Source: Escherichia coli O127:H6 str. E2348/69 (GTDB lineage Bacteria > Pseudomonadota > Gammaproteobacteria > Enterobacterales > Enterobacteriaceae). From it: 64,000 nucleotides of DNA. This document shows positions 1-10,656 of this stretch, piece by piece; the stretch's first letter is position 1; every line of letters begins with the position of its first letter. The stretch lies in assembly GCF_000026545.1 (NCBI RefSeq), contig NC_011601.1. One strand, written 5' to 3'. Both the position numbers and the translations under genes were made by a program. The notes under the pieces were generated by a model. The model saw only the letters and a program-made list of their open reading frames with translations, searched no databases and was not told the DNA's origin.

Positions 1-206
1 AAGAAGAATAGTGCTCATAACGACCTACGTTAATTACCTCATTGACGGCATGAAGTGTATCAAAATGAAATGAACAGGATATGTGCGACCACTCACAAAT
101 TAACTTTCAATACTTTCCATGGCATCGTCACCACAATTAAATACCTTTAAGTATCAACAAGTTAAAGTATGAAAATCAGCATAAACCCTGATTTTTGTCA
201 AAAAAA

Positions 207-551
207 ATGACGGGGATAACCATATTTTATGGCGATAACATCATTCGTTATGTGGTTAATACAAAAAAGGGGCTGAGACTATATTTCAAGCAATTACCGG
301 ATAATTACCAGGCAAAATTTGAGTTAAATTTAATGAGTAAGTTCTCAAATTTTATTATAAACAAACCATTTTCAGCGATAAATAATGCGGCACGTCACAT
401 TTTTTCACGCTATTTGTTGGAGAACAAACATTTATTTTATCAATATCTTAAAATTTCGAATACAGGTATTGATCATCTCGAACAATTGATTAACGTCAAC
501 CTTTTCTCTTCTGACAGAATGTCATTTTGTGAATGCAATCGTTTTCCATAA
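207..551 (+). CDS. Hypothetical protein, about 114 aa from ATG at 207 (118 aa if TTG at 195); Asn/Ile/Phe/Lys-rich, in an AT-rich segment; function unknown
   Basis: Open frame in the ORF track; no recognisable family; AT-rich codon composition unlike neighbouring core genes; no obvious strong RBS. Confidence 0.3.
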   Translation: MTGITIFYGDNIIRYVVNTKKGLRLYFKQLPDNYQAKFELNLMSKFSNFIINKPFSAINNAARHIFSRYLLENKHLFYQYLKISNTGIDHLEQLINVNLFSSDRMSFCECNRFP

Positions 552-1069
552 ATTCTTCTCCCCTCATAGGCAACGAATAGCATTTTGTGTTGAGGATCAC
601 AAAACGAATAATTGCTGGTCGCCGCGATAAGGTCAGACGAAGTCAACAAGGAGGATTTTCGCTGTGCTTTACATCAGCGTAGGCCATAGAATGTTGCTTC
701 GTTGACTGTAATGCCGGGTAAATGAGCATTTTTTGATAGTGCGAAAGAACCCTGCGAGGAAAATAAGCATCTATTATTGTTTGTCATGATGACAAGGCAG
801 GCATCAATGAAAGGCTTCTCAATTGCACATATTTTTCACTCTTCAATGCACGCAGTGGTTAACAATCACAATAGAAATATTGATTATTGGACGGTAAAAA
901 TTTAGGTTATAACGCCCAAATGATTCAACGATCGGACAATACCTGCGAACTTACAATTAATGAGAGAAATATATGTATAATTACGACCTTTTAAATGCAA
1001 TATAGACTTAATAACTTCTTACAAAGTCTGTTATTAATACCGTAGATATTCATCTTACCCTGGGCACCA

Positions 1070-1099
1070 AAAGCAAAAACCCGCCGAAGCGGGTTTTTA
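1070..1099 (-). terminator. Rho-independent terminator of rnpB (GC hairpin cccgccgaagcggg followed by a U-run on the minus-strand transcript)
   Basis: Hairpin plus A-run on the plus strand immediately 3' of the RNase P RNA end. Confidence 0.7.
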
Positions 1100-1107
1100 C
1101 GTAAATC

Positions 1108-1484
<377 letters not shown>

Positions 1485-1491
1485 GGCGCGC

Positions 1492-1520
1492 AGTATAGAG
1501 GGTTTGCGCGCCCTTGTCAC
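1492..1520 (-). promoter_or_regulatory. rnpB promoter: -35 GTGACA, 17-bp spacer, -10 TATACT, GC-rich discriminator GCGCGCC before +1 G
   Basis: Hexamers read directly on the minus strand upstream of the mature 5' end; overlaps the 3' end of garK. Confidence 0.55.
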
Positions 1521-2662
1521 CCCGCGTTGCGCATTCCAATCGCCAGTGTCGCGGCGATATTACGTGAAGCACGGCAGATATTGTCATAAGCTCCGCGGAG
1601 TGCTTCGTCTAACGTACCAATGCTGGTCAGTACGCTGAAGACCGCATCAATGCCATGCTGATGTACAACGCCAACATCATTGGTCAGGCTACCCGCAATG
1701 CCAATCACCGGTTTATGGTACTTCTTCGCCACGTTTGCGACACCAATCGGTACCTTGCCGTGAATACTCTGGCTATCAATACGCCCTTCACCAGTGATCA
1801 CCAGCGTACAATCGTGAATATGTTCCTCCAGATTCAGCGCCGTAGTGACGATTTCAATACCACTTTTCAGTTCTGCACCAAGAAACGCCATCAGCGCCGC
1901 GCCCATACCGCCCGCAGCTCCTGCGCCGGGGACATCTTTCACATCAACATGCAGCGCTTTTTTAATGACATCGGCATAGTGAGAGAGGTTATTATCCAGC
2001 TCGACAATCATCGCCTCACAGGCTCCCTTTTGTGGGCCAAAGATGCGCGAAGCACCACTGTCGCCGACTAATGGGTTGGTGACATCACAAGCGACGCGGA
2101 TGACACAATCTTTTAAGCGCGGATCGAGACCGGAAATATCAATATCATTCAGAGTATTAAGACTACCGCCGCCAAAACCAATTTCATTGCCGTTGGCATC
2201 GCATAATTTCGCCCCCAGCGCCTGTACCATGCCTGCGCCGCCGTCGTTGGTGGCGCTGCCGCCAATGCCGATAATAATGTTTGTCGCACCGCTCTCCAGC
2301 GCCTGCAGGATTAACTCACCAGTACCGCGTGAAGTGGTCACGAGTGGATCGCGTTTTTTCGCAGGTACCAGTTCCAGCCCACTGGCCGCCGCCATTTCGA
2401 TAAACGCGGTTTTGCCATCGCCGGAGATCCCCCAACTGGCATTCACTTTCTCGCCCAGCGGCCCTGTAACCCAGGCGTGACGTTCAGCCCCCTGGGTGGC
2501 TGCAATCATCGCTTCCACCGTTCCTTCACCACCGTCGGCAACCGGAACAGAAACATACTGTGCATCAGGAAAAATTTCCCGAAATCCTTTTTCTATCGCC
2601 TGCGCAACCTCGCTGGCAGATAAACTTTCTTTATAAGAGTCTGGGGCGATTACGATTTTCAT
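1517..2662 (-). CDS. garK: Glycerate 2-kinase (381 aa)
   Basis: Translation from MKIVIAPDSYKESL matches recalled GarK; the track ORF (408 aa) has a 27-codon upstream extension that I reject. Confidence 0.9.
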   Translation of the reverse strand: MKIVIAPDSYKESLSASEVAQAIEKGFREIFPDAQYVSVPVADGGEGTVEAMIAATQGAERHAWVTGPLGEKVNASWGISGDGKTAFIEMAAASGLELVPAKKRDPLVTTSRGTGELILQALESGATNIIIGIGGSATNDGGAGMVQALGAKLCDANGNEIGFGGGSLNTLNDIDISGLDPRLKDCVIRVACDVTNPLVGDSGASRIFGPQKGACEAMIVELDNNLSHYADVIKKALHVDVKDVPGAGAAGGMGAALMAFLGAELKSGIEIVTTALNLEEHIHDCTLVITGEGRIDSQSIHGKVPIGVANVAKKYHKPVIGIAGSLTNDVGVVHQHGIDAVFSVLTSIGTLDEALRGAYDNICRASRNIAATLAIGMRNAG

Positions 2663-2758
2663 ACCTATGCCTGTTACCACATGACGCCGGAGGGCGTTTC
2701 TCTTATTCGGCCTGGATTCCAGGCCCGGATTGCAATACGCCATCCGGGCACGACGTCA

Positions 2759-3643
2759 TTAGCGAGTAACTTCGACTTTCGCCAGTTTTTCGTAGTAGCA
2801 CGCCAGGGCGCTATGATCCGCCGTTCCTAAACCATCTGCACGCAGTGCCTGCATCATCTCCATAACCGCAGCTGTGAGCGGCAGTTGCGCGCCGACGCCG
2901 TGAGAAGTATCCAGCGCATTCGCCAGATCCTTAATATGCAGATCAATACGGAAGCCCGGTTTGAAGTTGCGGTCCATCACCATCGGCGCTTTGGCATCCA
3001 GCACGGTACTGCCCGCCAGCCCACCGCGAATTGCCTGATACACCAGATCCGGGTTAACGCCCGCTTTGGTTGCCAACGTTAACGCTTCTGACATCGCAGC
3101 AATATTCAGCGCCACAATGACCTGATTTGCCAGTTTGGTGACGTTACCTGCACCGATTTCCCCGGTATGCACCACGGAACCCGCCATCGCTTTCATCAAA
3201 TCATAGTATTTGTCGAAAATAGCCTTGTCGCCGCCCACCATCACTGACAGCGTACCGTCGATGGCTTTCGGTTCACCGCCGCTCACCGGGGCGTCCAGCA
3301 TATCAATGCCTTTCGCTTTCAGCGCTTCGCTGATTTCACGGCTTGCCAGCGGTGCGATAGAACTCATATCAATCAATACCGTACCTGGCTTCGCGCCTTC
3401 AATAATGCCATTCTCACCCAGCGCCACCTCTTTCACATGAGGGGAGTTTGGCAGCATGGTTATGATGACGTCGCACTGTTCAGCGATCGCTTTAGCCGTA
3501 GAGGCTGTTTCTGCACCTGCAGCAATCACGTCAGCGATAGCTTCTGGGTTACGGTCAGCAACCACCAGCGAGTAACCTGCTTTCAAAAGGTTTTTACTCA
3601 TTGGTTTACCCATAATCCCAAGGCCAATAAAACCAACTTTCAT
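2759..3643 (-). CDS. garR: 2-hydroxy-3-oxopropionate (tartronate semialdehyde) reductase (294 aa)
   Basis: Translation MKVGFIGLGIMGKPMSKNLLKAGY with a Rossmann GxGxxG motif; start chosen at the internal Met to give the recalled 294 aa. Confidence 0.88.
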   Translation of the reverse strand: MKVGFIGLGIMGKPMSKNLLKAGYSLVVADRNPEAIADVIAAGAETASTAKAIAEQCDVIITMLPNSPHVKEVALGENGIIEGAKPGTVLIDMSSIAPLASREISEALKAKGIDMLDAPVSGGEPKAIDGTLSVMVGGDKAIFDKYYDLMKAMAGSVVHTGEIGAGNVTKLANQVIVALNIAAMSEALTLATKAGVNPDLVYQAIRGGLAGSTVLDAKAPMVMDRNFKPGFRIDLHIKDLANALDTSHGVGAQLPLTAAVMEMMQALRADGLGTADHSALACYYEKLAKVEVTR

Positions 3644-3678
3644 AGTCATATCAATCATCTCTCTTATTGCGGTGGTGG

Positions 3679-4449
3679 TTATTTTTTAAAGGTATCAGCC
3701 AGTTTCTGAGTGGCAGAGCGGAAGACGCCGAGATCGCTGCCGACGGCCACAAACGTCGCGCCCCATTCCAGATAACGACGCGCATCAGCCTCGACTGGTG
3801 CGAGGATGCCGCTGGGTTTGCCGTGCGCGCTGGCACGGTTAAAAATGTGCTGAATTGCTTTTTGTACATCCGGGTGCGAGGCATTGCCGAGATGGCCTAA
3901 TGCCGCAGCCAGATCGCTGGGGCCGACGAAGATGCCGTCTACACCTTCGGTAGCGGCAATAGCATCGACGTTATCTACGCCCTGCTGACTTTCTATCTGG
4001 ACCAGAATAGTGATGTTCTTGTTCGACTGAGCGAAATAATCCGCCACGGTGCCAAACATATTGGCGCGGTGAGAAACGGAGACGCCGCGAATGCCTTCCG
4101 GTGGGTAACGAGTTGATGCCACCGCCTGCTCTGCTTCCTCTTTTGTTTCTACAAAAGGAATCAGGAAGTTATAGAAACCGATATCCAGAAGACGCTTAAT
4201 AATTACCGGCTCGTTGGTCGGCACTCGCACTACTGGCGCGCTGGCGCTGCCTTTCAGGGCCATTAACTGCGGAATAAACGTGGAGATATCGTTTGGCGCA
4301 TGTTCACCATCCAGCACCAGCCAGTCAAACCCAGCCAAACCAAGAACTTCAGTGCTAATCGGGTTAGAGAGAGCTGACCAGCAACCAATTTGTACCTGTT
4401 TCGCAGCCAGTGCGGCTTTGAATTTATTCGGGAAAACATCGTTATTCAT
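3679..4449 (-). CDS. garL: 5-keto-4-deoxy-D-glucarate (2-dehydro-3-deoxyglucarate) aldolase (256 aa)
   Basis: Translation and length match recalled GarL; position in the garPLRK operon. Confidence 0.92.
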
Positions 4450-4464
4450 CGCTTATACCTTTGC

Positions 4465-5799
4465 TTATTTCTGCAATTCCATACGTTTAATGTCGCCGAC
4501 TACGAAGAGGTAGCAGACCATCGCCATCAGCGCTGAACATCCCACAAAAACCAGTGCTGCATTGAAGGAGTGCAGTTCACTTACCAGGTAGCCAATCACC
4601 AGTGGAGTGACAATGGAGGCAACATTGCCAAAGACGTTAAAGACGCCGCCGCAGAGGCCAACAATCTCTTTCGGCGCGGTGTCAGAAATCACTGGCCAGC
4701 CCAGCGCACCAAATCCTTTGCCAAAGAAAGCCAGCGCCATCAGCATGACCACCAGCGTGGTGTTGTTGGTGTAGTTACATAAGATGATGGTGGAAGCCAG
4801 CAACATTCCCAGCACAATCGGTAGCTTACGTGCCAGGGTCAGGGACAAACCGCGTTTGATCAGATAATCCGAGAAGACACCTCCCAGCACGCCGCCCGCA
4901 AAGCCACACAGTGCCGGAATCGAGGCGACCAGACCCACTTTCAGAATCGACATGCCTTTTTCCTGCACCAGATAAATTGGGAACCAGGTGAGGAAGAACC
5001 AGGTGATGGTGTTGATAAAATATTGTCCGAAAAATACGCCCAGCATCATGCGGTTAGAGAGCAATTGCTTGATGTAATGCAGTTTGGGACCGCTTGCTGC
5101 CGCACTGCCCGGCTTTTTGTGGTCCATATCGACCACCGCGCCATTTTCTGAGATAAACTTCAGCTCTTCCGCAGACATACGTGGGTGATCTGTCGGGTTA
5201 TGAATCAACTTGATCCACAGCGCCGTCAGCACAAAACCAATCACCCCCATAACGGTGAAGACGTGCTCCCAGCCCCAGGCGAAAGTCAGCCAGCCAAGCA
5301 GCGGCGAAAAGAGCGCCAGCGAGAAATATTGCGCCGAGTTAAAGATGGCGGAGGCAGTACCACGTTCTTTCGTCGGGAACCAGGCGGCGACAATACGGGC
5401 GTTCGCCGGGAATGATGGCGCTTCCGAGAATCCCAGCATAAAGCGCATAAAGAACATGGAGATCCCTGCCCAGGCCAGCGGGAACATATCAACAAAGCCT
5501 TGCAGGAAGGTGAACAGCGACCAGAAAAAGAGGCTGTAGGTGTAAACTTTTTTCGAGCCAAACTTATCAAGCAGCCAGCCGCCGGGAATTTGCATCAGCA
5601 GGTAGGCCCAGCCAAAAGCGGAGAAGATGTAACCCATCGAAACCGCACTTAACTGCAACTCTTTTGCCACTTCGGTACCAGCAATAGACAGCGTTGCACG
5701 ATCGGCGTAGTTAACGGCGGTAACAATAAAAATAATCAGTAATATTAAATAGCGGGTATGCACGCCTTTCTTTTTTTCGTCAACGGTGTCCAACATCAT
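4465..5799 (-). CDS. garP: Galactarate/glucarate/glycerate MFS transporter (444 aa)
   Basis: Multi-pass membrane protein translation; length and operon position match GarP. Confidence 0.9.
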   Translation of the reverse strand: MMLDTVDEKKKGVHTRYLILLIIFIVTAVNYADRATLSIAGTEVAKELQLSAVSMGYIFSAFGWAYLLMQIPGGWLLDKFGSKKVYTYSLFFWSLFTFLQGFVDMFPLAWAGISMFFMRFMLGFSEAPSFPANARIVAAWFPTKERGTASAIFNSAQYFSLALFSPLLGWLTFAWGWEHVFTVMGVIGFVLTALWIKLIHNPTDHPRMSAEELKFISENGAVVDMDHKKPGSAAASGPKLHYIKQLLSNRMMLGVFFGQYFINTITWFFLTWFPIYLVQEKGMSILKVGLVASIPALCGFAGGVLGGVFSDYLIKRGLSLTLARKLPIVLGMLLASTIILCNYTNNTTLVVMLMALAFFGKGFGALGWPVISDTAPKEIVGLCGGVFNVFGNVASIVTPLVIGYLVSELHSFNAALVFVGCSALMAMVCYLFVVGDIKRMELQK

Positions 5800-6173
5800 T
5801 TTATTTACCTCGGGTACTTATGCTGATTTTTATTATTATGGGGAAGGTGTTATTTATGAGTTTCATTTATGCCGTTACGACAATGAACTCGGGAATTAGT
5901 ATAAGCAGCGCGATAATAATAATCATTGTGCAAATGCTAATTTAATTAGTACTATTTAAATATTATTTTGAGCATATGCACATAAGGTTGCGCGCTAAAG
6001 CACAGATTTGCGCTTTACCTTGCCGGGCGGCACTGTAATCCCTGAAATGATTGACATTGATCACATTTCTTCATTTAAACTCCTGACATTCTTATTTCAC
6101 CCAATGAAGTTATTTATTTTTAAATGAGACCAGGTCCTCATTTTAATAGTCCCTGGCTGGAGAATATTGCACA
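5800..6173. promoter_or_regulatory. Divergent garP / garD control region (AT-rich, 374 bp)
   Basis: Long AT-rich intergenic region between divergently transcribed garPLRK and garD; individual sites not resolved by eye. Confidence 0.4.
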
Positions 6174-7745
6174 ATGGCCAACATCGAAATCAGACAAGAA
6201 ACGCCAACTGCGTTTTATATAAAAGTTCACGACACAGATAATGTGGCAATTATTGTTAATGATAATGGCCTGAAAGCAGGAACGCGTTTTCCGGATGGGC
6301 TGGAATTAATTGAACATATTCCCCAGGGGCATAAAGTCGCATTGCTGGACATTCCGGCTAATGGTGAAATTATTCGTTATGGCGAGGTGATTGGTTACGC
6401 CGTGCGCGCAATCTCACGCGGAAGCTGGATCGACGAATCAATGGTTGTACTACCGGAAGCGCCGCCGTTACATACGCTGCCACTGGCAACCAAAGTCCCG
6501 GAACCCTTACCGCCGCTGGAAGGATACACCTTTGAGGGCTATCGCAATGCCGATGGCAGCGTGGGCACCAAAAACCTGCTCGGCATCACCACCAGCGTCC
6601 ACTGTGTGGCAGGCGTGGTGGACTACGTAGTAAAAATCATTGAACGCGATCTGCTACCGAAATACCCGAACGTCGATGGCGTGGTGGGGCTGAATCATTT
6701 GTACGGTTGTGGCGTGGCGATTAACGCACCCGCGGCAGTTGTACCTATTCGTACCATTCACAATATTTCGCTGAACCCTAACTTTGGCGGCGAAGTAATG
6801 GTGATTGGTCTGGGTTGTGAAAAGTTGCAGCCTGAACGCCTACTGACTGGAACGGATGATGTGCAAGCTATTCCAGTAGAAAGCGCCAGCATTGTCAGTT
6901 TGCAGGATGAAAAGCATGTCGGTTTTCAGTCCATGGTCGAGGATATTTTGCAGGTCGCCGAACGCCATTTGCACAAGCTGAATCAACGGCAGCGAGAAAC
7001 CTGTCCGGCTTCAGAACTGGTTGTCGGCATGCAGTGCGGTGGCAGCGATGCGTTTTCTGGCGTAACGGCAAACCCGGCGGTTGGGTATGCGTCTGATCTA
7101 TTGGTGCGCTGCGGCGCAACGGTGATGTTCTCAGAAGTCACAGAAGTGCGTGACGCGATCCATCTGCTGACACCACGCGCAGTGAACGAAGAGGTCGGCA
7201 AACGGCTGCTGGAGGAGATGGAGTGGTACGATAACTATCTCAATATGGGAAAAACCGACCGCAGCGCCAACCCTTCGCCGGGGAACAAGAAAGGCGGTCT
7301 GGCAAATGTGGTGGAGAAGGCACTCGGCTCCATTGCTAAATCGGGTAAAAGTGCAATTGTTGAAGTGCTGTCGCCCGGCCAACGCCCGACTAAACGCGGA
7401 TTAATTTACGCCGCGACGCCAGCCAGCGATTTTGTCTGTGGCACGCAACAGGTGGCTTCGGGTATCACCGTGCAAGTGTTTACGACCGGTCGTGGTACGC
7501 CGTACGGCCTGATGGCGGTACCCGTCATTAAAATGGCGACCCGCACCGAGCTGGCGAACCGCTGGTTTGATTTAATGGATATTAACGCGGGCACTATCGC
7601 TACCGGCGAAGAAACCATTGAAGAAGTGGGCTGGAAGTTGTTCCACTTTATTCTCGACGTCGCCAGCGGGAAGAAGAAAACCTTCTCGGATCAATGGGGA
7701 CTGCATAACCAGCTGGCGGTGTTTAACCCGGCACCGGTGACCTGA
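6174..7745 (+). CDS. garD: Galactarate dehydratase (523 aa)
   Basis: Translation and length match recalled GarD. Confidence 0.92.
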   Translation: MANIEIRQETPTAFYIKVHDTDNVAIIVNDNGLKAGTRFPDGLELIEHIPQGHKVALLDIPANGEIIRYGEVIGYAVRAISRGSWIDESMVVLPEAPPLHTLPLATKVPEPLPPLEGYTFEGYRNADGSVGTKNLLGITTSVHCVAGVVDYVVKIIERDLLPKYPNVDGVVGLNHLYGCGVAINAPAAVVPIRTIHNISLNPNFGGEVMVIGLGCEKLQPERLLTGTDDVQAIPVESASIVSLQDEKHVGFQSMVEDILQVAERHLHKLNQRQRETCPASELVVGMQCGGSDAFSGVTANPAVGYASDLLVRCGATVMFSEVTEVRDAIHLLTPRAVNEEVGKRLLEEMEWYDNYLNMGKTDRSANPSPGNKKGGLANVVEKALGSIAKSGKSAIVEVLSPGQRPTKRGLIYAATPASDFVCGTQQVASGITVQVFTTGRGTPYGLMAVPVIKMATRTELANRWFDLMDINAGTIATGEETIEEVGWKLFHFILDVASGKKKTFSDQWGLHNQLAVFNPAPVT

Positions 7746-7760
7746 TAATTCAATTCGTAT

Positions 7761-7791
7761 TATGCCCGATAGCACACGTTTATCGGGCATA
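7761..7791. terminator. Perfect 10-bp inverted repeat (atgcccgata / tatcgggcat, 9-nt loop) between convergent garD and agaR; probable bidirectional terminator
   Basis: Read directly from the sequence; sits in the 51-bp garD-agaR intergenic gap. Confidence 0.5.
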
Positions 7792-7796
7792 TTGAG

Positions 7797-8621
7797 TCAC
7801 AGCGAAGACGCGTGATCCCCGACCAGAATCACTTCAACTCCAGCCTTTCGCAGTCCTTCCAGACTATCCGCAGGAATGCCTTCATCAACAATGATCATGT
7901 CGATACGTTGAGTATCAATGATCTTATGTAAACTGGAACGATTGAACTTACTGGAATCGGTGACCACGATGATCCGTTCCGCAACTTCGCACATCCGACG
8001 GTTTAAACGGGCTTCATCTTCATTATGCGTGCTGACGCCGCGCTCCAGATCGATCGCATCTACACCAAGAAACAGCATATCGAAGTGGTAATTTTGCAGC
8101 GATTGCTCAGCCTGATCACCGTAAAAAGATTGCGACTGACGGCGCAAATGCCCCCCGGTCATCAGCAGCTCAACGCCTTCCGCTTCCAGCAACGCATTAG
8201 CCACGTTCATACCGTTGGTCATCGCAATTACGTCAGTGTGCTTGCGCATCAGACAAGCAATCTCAAAAGTGGTGGTCCCGGAGTCGAGGATCACCCGATG
8301 ACCAGGCTGAATCAACTCAACGGCAGCTTTCGCAACGCTGCGTTTCATCGCGGTGTTCAGCGCGCTTTTATCTTCCACTGATGGCTCGACTGACGGCGTT
8401 GTGCTATCGCAGATCAACGCGCCACCATAGGCACGCACAGCGATCCCCTGCTTTTCCAGAAACGCCAGATCGTTGCGGATCGTCACAGTAGATACACCAT
8501 ACAACGCCGATAGATCATTAACTTGCACACTTCCTTGCTGGCGCAGGCGTTGAATGATCTGCTCTCGTCGCTCACTGGTGCCTGTCACTCGCTTCTCGCC
8601 TGAAGCGTCGGTATTACTCAT
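7797..8621 (-). CDS. agaR: DeoR-family repressor of the aga regulon
   Basis: Translation shows an N-terminal HTH and a DeoR-type C-terminal domain; sits divergent from kbaZ; the ORF is 274 aa and the precise start is uncertain. Confidence 0.88.
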   Translation of the reverse strand: MSNTDASGEKRVTGTSERREQIIQRLRQQGSVQVNDLSALYGVSTVTIRNDLAFLEKQGIAVRAYGGALICDSTTPSVEPSVEDKSALNTAMKRSVAKAAVELIQPGHRVILDSGTTTFEIACLMRKHTDVIAMTNGMNVANALLEAEGVELLMTGGHLRRQSQSFYGDQAEQSLQNYHFDMLFLGVDAIDLERGVSTHNEDEARLNRRMCEVAERIIVVTDSSKFNRSSLHKIIDTQRIDMIIVDEGIPADSLEGLRKAGVEVILVGDHASSL

Positions 8622-8869
8622 AGTAAGTCCTTTCGTAAAACTTTCGTTTCATTTCGTTTTGCCTATTAACGCCTTTCTATTAAGCAAATGCAAGCCCACC
8701 TTACCCATTGGCGCAAGCTACTCTCGTTTCAGTGGCTTTCATTATGTTTCTTTTGTGAATCAGATCAGAAAACTATTATCTTTCGTTTTATTTTTATCTC
8801 ACCATGACGCAGTATCAACTGAAACAAAACGAAAGATTAATATCGCAGTAATCTGAACTGGAGAGGAAA
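8622..8869. promoter_or_regulatory. agaR / kbaZ divergent promoter region with repeated CTTTCGTTT-type motifs (candidate AgaR operators)
   Basis: Motifs seen at about 8631-8662, 8714-8722, 8779-8800 and inverted at 8822-8838; consistent with published AgaR operator repeats. Confidence 0.5.
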
Positions 8870-10150
8870 GTGAAACATCTGACAGAAATGGTGAGACAGC
8901 ACAAAGCGGGCAAAACAAATGGGATTTATGCCGTTTGTTCCGCACATCCGCTGGTGCTGGAAGCTGCAATCCGCTACGCCAGTGCAAACCAAACGCCGTT
9001 ACTGATTGAAGCAACCTCCAATCAGGTGGACCAGTTCGGCGGTTATACCGGAATGACGCCCGCCGATTTTCGCGGCTTTGTTTGTCAGCTCGCCGACTCG
9101 TTGAATTTCCCGCAGGATGCGCTGATTCTGGGTGGTGACCATCTGGGGCCAAACCGCTGGCAAAACCTGCCTGCCGCTCAGGCAATGGCCAATGCCGATG
9201 ATTTGATTAAAAGCTACGTGGCGGCAGGATTCAAAAAAATTCACCTTGATTGCAGCATGTCCTGTCAGGACGATCCGATTCCCTTAACTGATGACATCGT
9301 GGCTGAACGCGCCGCCCGTCTGGCGAAAGTGGCGGAAGAAACCTGTCTTGAACACTTTGGCGAAGCCGATCTGGAGTATGTCATTGGTACCGAAGTGCCG
9401 GTGCCTGGCGGCGCGCATGAAACCTTAAGCGAGCTGGCGGTCACCACGCCGGATGCCGCCCGCGCCACGCTGGAAGCCCATCGTCACGCTTTTGAAAAGC
9501 AGGGTCTGAATGCCATCTGGCCACGCATTATTGCCCTGGTGGTTCAACCCGGCGTCGAATTCGATCACACCAACGTTATTGATTATCAGCCCGCCAAAGC
9601 GACCGCCTTAAGCCAGATGGTCGAAAACTACGAAACGCTGATTTTCGAAGCGCACTCTACCGATTATCAAACACCGCAATCGCTGCGCCAGCTGGTGATT
9701 GACCACTTTGCCATTCTGAAAGTTGGCCCGGCGCTGACCTTTGCTCTGCGTGAAGCTCTGTTCTCTCTGGCGGCGATTGAAGAAGAACTGGTGCCAGCAA
9801 AAGCCTGTTCTGGTCTGCGTCAGGTGCTGGAAAACGTGATGCTCGACCGCCCGGAATACTGGCAAAGCCACTACCACGGTGACGGCAACGCGCGTCGTCT
9901 GGCGCGTGGTTATAGCTACTCGGATCGCGTGCGCTATTACTGGCCGGACAGCCAGATTGATGACGCTTTCGCTCATCTGGTTCGTAATCTGGCGGATTCA
10001 CCAATTCCGCTGCCGCTGATCAGTCAGTATCTGCCGCTGCAGTACGTGAAAGTTCGCTCCGGCGAGCTGCAGCCAACGCCACGGGAACTCATTATCAACC
10101 ATATTCAGGACATCCTGGCGCAGTACCACACAGCCTGTGAAGGCCAATAA
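8870..10150 (+). CDS. kbaZ: Tagatose-6-phosphate kinase-like / tagatose-bisphosphate aldolase non-catalytic subunit (426 aa, GTG start)
   Basis: Translation [27 protein letters not shown]; GGAGAGGA RBS upstream of the GTG. Confidence 0.88.
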   Translation: MKHLTEMVRQHKAGKTNGIYAVCSAHPLVLEAAIRYASANQTPLLIEATSNQVDQFGGYTGMTPADFRGFVCQLADSLNFPQDALILGGDHLGPNRWQNLPAAQAMANADDLIKSYVAAGFKKIHLDCSMSCQDDPIPLTDDIVAERAARLAKVAEETCLEHFGEADLEYVIGTEVPVPGGAHETLSELAVTTPDAARATLEAHRHAFEKQGLNAIWPRIIALVVQPGVEFDHTNVIDYQPAKATALSQMVENYETLIFEAHSTDYQTPQSLRQLVIDHFAILKVGPALTFALREALFSLAAIEEELVPAKACSGLRQVLENVMLDRPEYWQSHYHGDGNARRLARGYSYSDRVRYYWPDSQIDDAFAHLVRNLADSPIPLPLISQYLPLQYVKVRSGELQPTPRELIINHIQDILAQYHTACEGQ

Positions 10151-10172
10151 GCAAAACAAAGAGGAACACGCT

Positions 10173-10646
10173 ATGCCAAATATTGTTTTAAGTCGGATTG
10201 ATGAACGCTTGATTCACGGTCAGGTCGGCGTTCAGTGGGTCGGATTTGCGGGGGCAAATCTGGTGCTGGTAGCCAACGATGAGGTTGCCGAAGATCCGGT
10301 ACAACAAAACCTGATGGAAATGGTACTGGCAGAAGGGATCGCCGTACGTTTCTGGACGCTGCAAAAAGTCATCGACAACATTCATCGCGCCGCCGATCGA
10401 CAGAAAATCCTGCTGGTTTGTAAAACACCGGCCGATTTCCTGACGCTGGTGAAAGGTGGCGTTCCGGTGAATCGCATTAACGTTGGCAATATGCACTACG
10501 CCAATGGCAAGCAACAAATCGCCAAAACGGTTTCTGTGGATGCGGGTGATATCGCAGCATTTAACGACCTGAAAGCCGCTGGGGTGGAATGCTTCGTTCA
10601 GGGCGTCCCGACAGAGCCTGCTGTGGACCTCTTTAAATTACTTTGA
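10173..10646 (+). CDS. agaV: PTS N-acetylgalactosamine-specific IIB component (157 aa)
   Basis: Translation MPNIVLSRIDERLIHGQVG (mannose-family IIB); AGAGGA RBS; the upstream 12-codon extension in the track is rejected. Confidence 0.88.
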   Translation: MPNIVLSRIDERLIHGQVGVQWVGFAGANLVLVANDEVAEDPVQQNLMEMVLAEGIAVRFWTLQKVIDNIHRAADRQKILLVCKTPADFLTLVKGGVPVNRINVGNMHYANGKQQIAKTVSVDAGDIAAFNDLKAAGVECFVQGVPTEPAVDLFKLL

Positions 10647-10656
10647 GGGATTCATC

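Noticed and set aside
1517-2743. N-terminally extended versions of many track ORFs (garK, garR, agaV, agaE, agaA, agaD, lpoA, ubiU, ubiV, deaD, pnp, rbfA, secG, folP, ftsH, rplU, ibaG, mlaB, yhbX)
   Set aside because: The extensions overlap upstream genes or lack an RBS, and internal starts reproduce the expected protein N-termini and lengths; internal start codons were used instead.
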